A stretch of 64,000 nt of DNA from an uncultured cyanobacterium (GTDB taxonomy: Bacteria; Cyanobacteriota; Cyanobacteriia; Cyanobacteriales; Nostocaceae). Under the pieces are notes generated by a model. It had not been told where the DNA came from. It ran no database searches and saw only the letters and a list, made by a program, of their open reading frames with translations. Shown here piece by piece: positions 63,178 through 64,000 of this stretch; the stretch's first letter is position 1, and the number at the start of each line of letters is the position of its first letter. The translations under genes were made by a program, and so were the position numbers. The stretch lies in assembly GCA_963740315.1 (NCBI GenBank), contig CAVUDP010000002.1, forward strand, positions 1,952,001-2,016,000. The letters run 5' to 3'.

Positions 63178-64000
63178 TATTTTATGGGAACTTCAATACC
63201 CTTAAAAACTAATACAACAACGCCCGAAGATATAAAGCCCAAAGTATTCACTCATGCCGTATTAACACAAATATGAAAAACTCAAATTCGCAATCCTGTT
63301 ATAATATGGTGGCAGGAATATCTGAATTTTAAATTTTCCGAAATATAAGAGTATATGCATGAAATCTAGTTACTTCCGACGTGAGGTACTAAATTCACTA
63401 CAGTATTTATAGTTCCCAATTCATCACAAAAAACAACATTTAACAGTTAGATGTTGCTATTCTTAACACATATTTAATTTGGTAATAAATGCATATCAAG
63501 CATAAAGCCGATACTACTTTATAGTTTGGCTTTAGCTTATATATATATCGATCGTACCAAAATTTAAAGTTTGGCAAAAAAGGCTGAAATAATTACTATA
63601 TATTGTTTTTTAACAATTTAATTGGCATGAACTTGTACGTAAGTGCCAATTTTATTAAGTTGAAATAGCTAACTATTTAACTATAGTCGCTAAATTAAAA
63701 TTGTAAAAAAAAGTTAATTCTTATAAGTCAAAAAAAATTTGCACAACCCGATAACTGAATAAACCCCATAACTAGTAATTACAATTGTGTGTACCAGATA
63801 ATTTTCTAAATTAATAAACGATTTTAGATATGGCTAACAACATTATGTATTTTAGATAACATCACTTCGTCTACCGCAAACGCTTGTGCTTGAATCAGAA
63901 TTACACGTGTAAGGAGCAAGTAGCAATCTAGCAGATTAAAATTAAGTAGCTATGCTATGTAAAAAGCAAGACTAAATGCAGAAACTGCAACGAGGATAGG

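Noticed and set aside
63178..64000. Possible ncRNA or ORF at the window end
   Set aside because: AT-rich with only weak hairpins; nothing supportable.

Overview
AT-rich chromosomal window from a filamentous cyanobacterium, most likely Nostocales. This is inferred from abundant HIP1 GCGATCGC octamers, 7- and 8-bp STRR-type tandem repeats, a short KaiA and kaiABC-tolC synteny. Core genes include a partial RecQ-family helicase, gdhA, a cytochrome P450, kaiABC, a frameshifted TolC/HgdD, ureEFG, putP, surE, galE, an ABC transporter, two sensor kinases and a general-stress cluster ending in a helical carotenoid protein. The main accessory candidate is a REP-flanked three-gene unit: CrfC/RdcA-like dynamin GTPase, YjcZ/RdcB-like partner and patatin phospholipase, a possible membrane-acting defence system. 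Other accessory elements are a papain-fold toxin/immunity-like pair upstream of ureE, a three-gene secreted-protein/beta-barrel operon and a decayed IS5. A 166-bp IS200/IS605 mini-element (TTAC...TCAA, omegaRNA-like end) sits at a predicted transcription start. Intergenic DNA is full of nested small mobile repeats, including an 18-nt in-frame insertion that splits a HIP1 site. No rRNA, tRNA or CRISPR array was found. All family assignments come from motif recognition by eye, not database searches.
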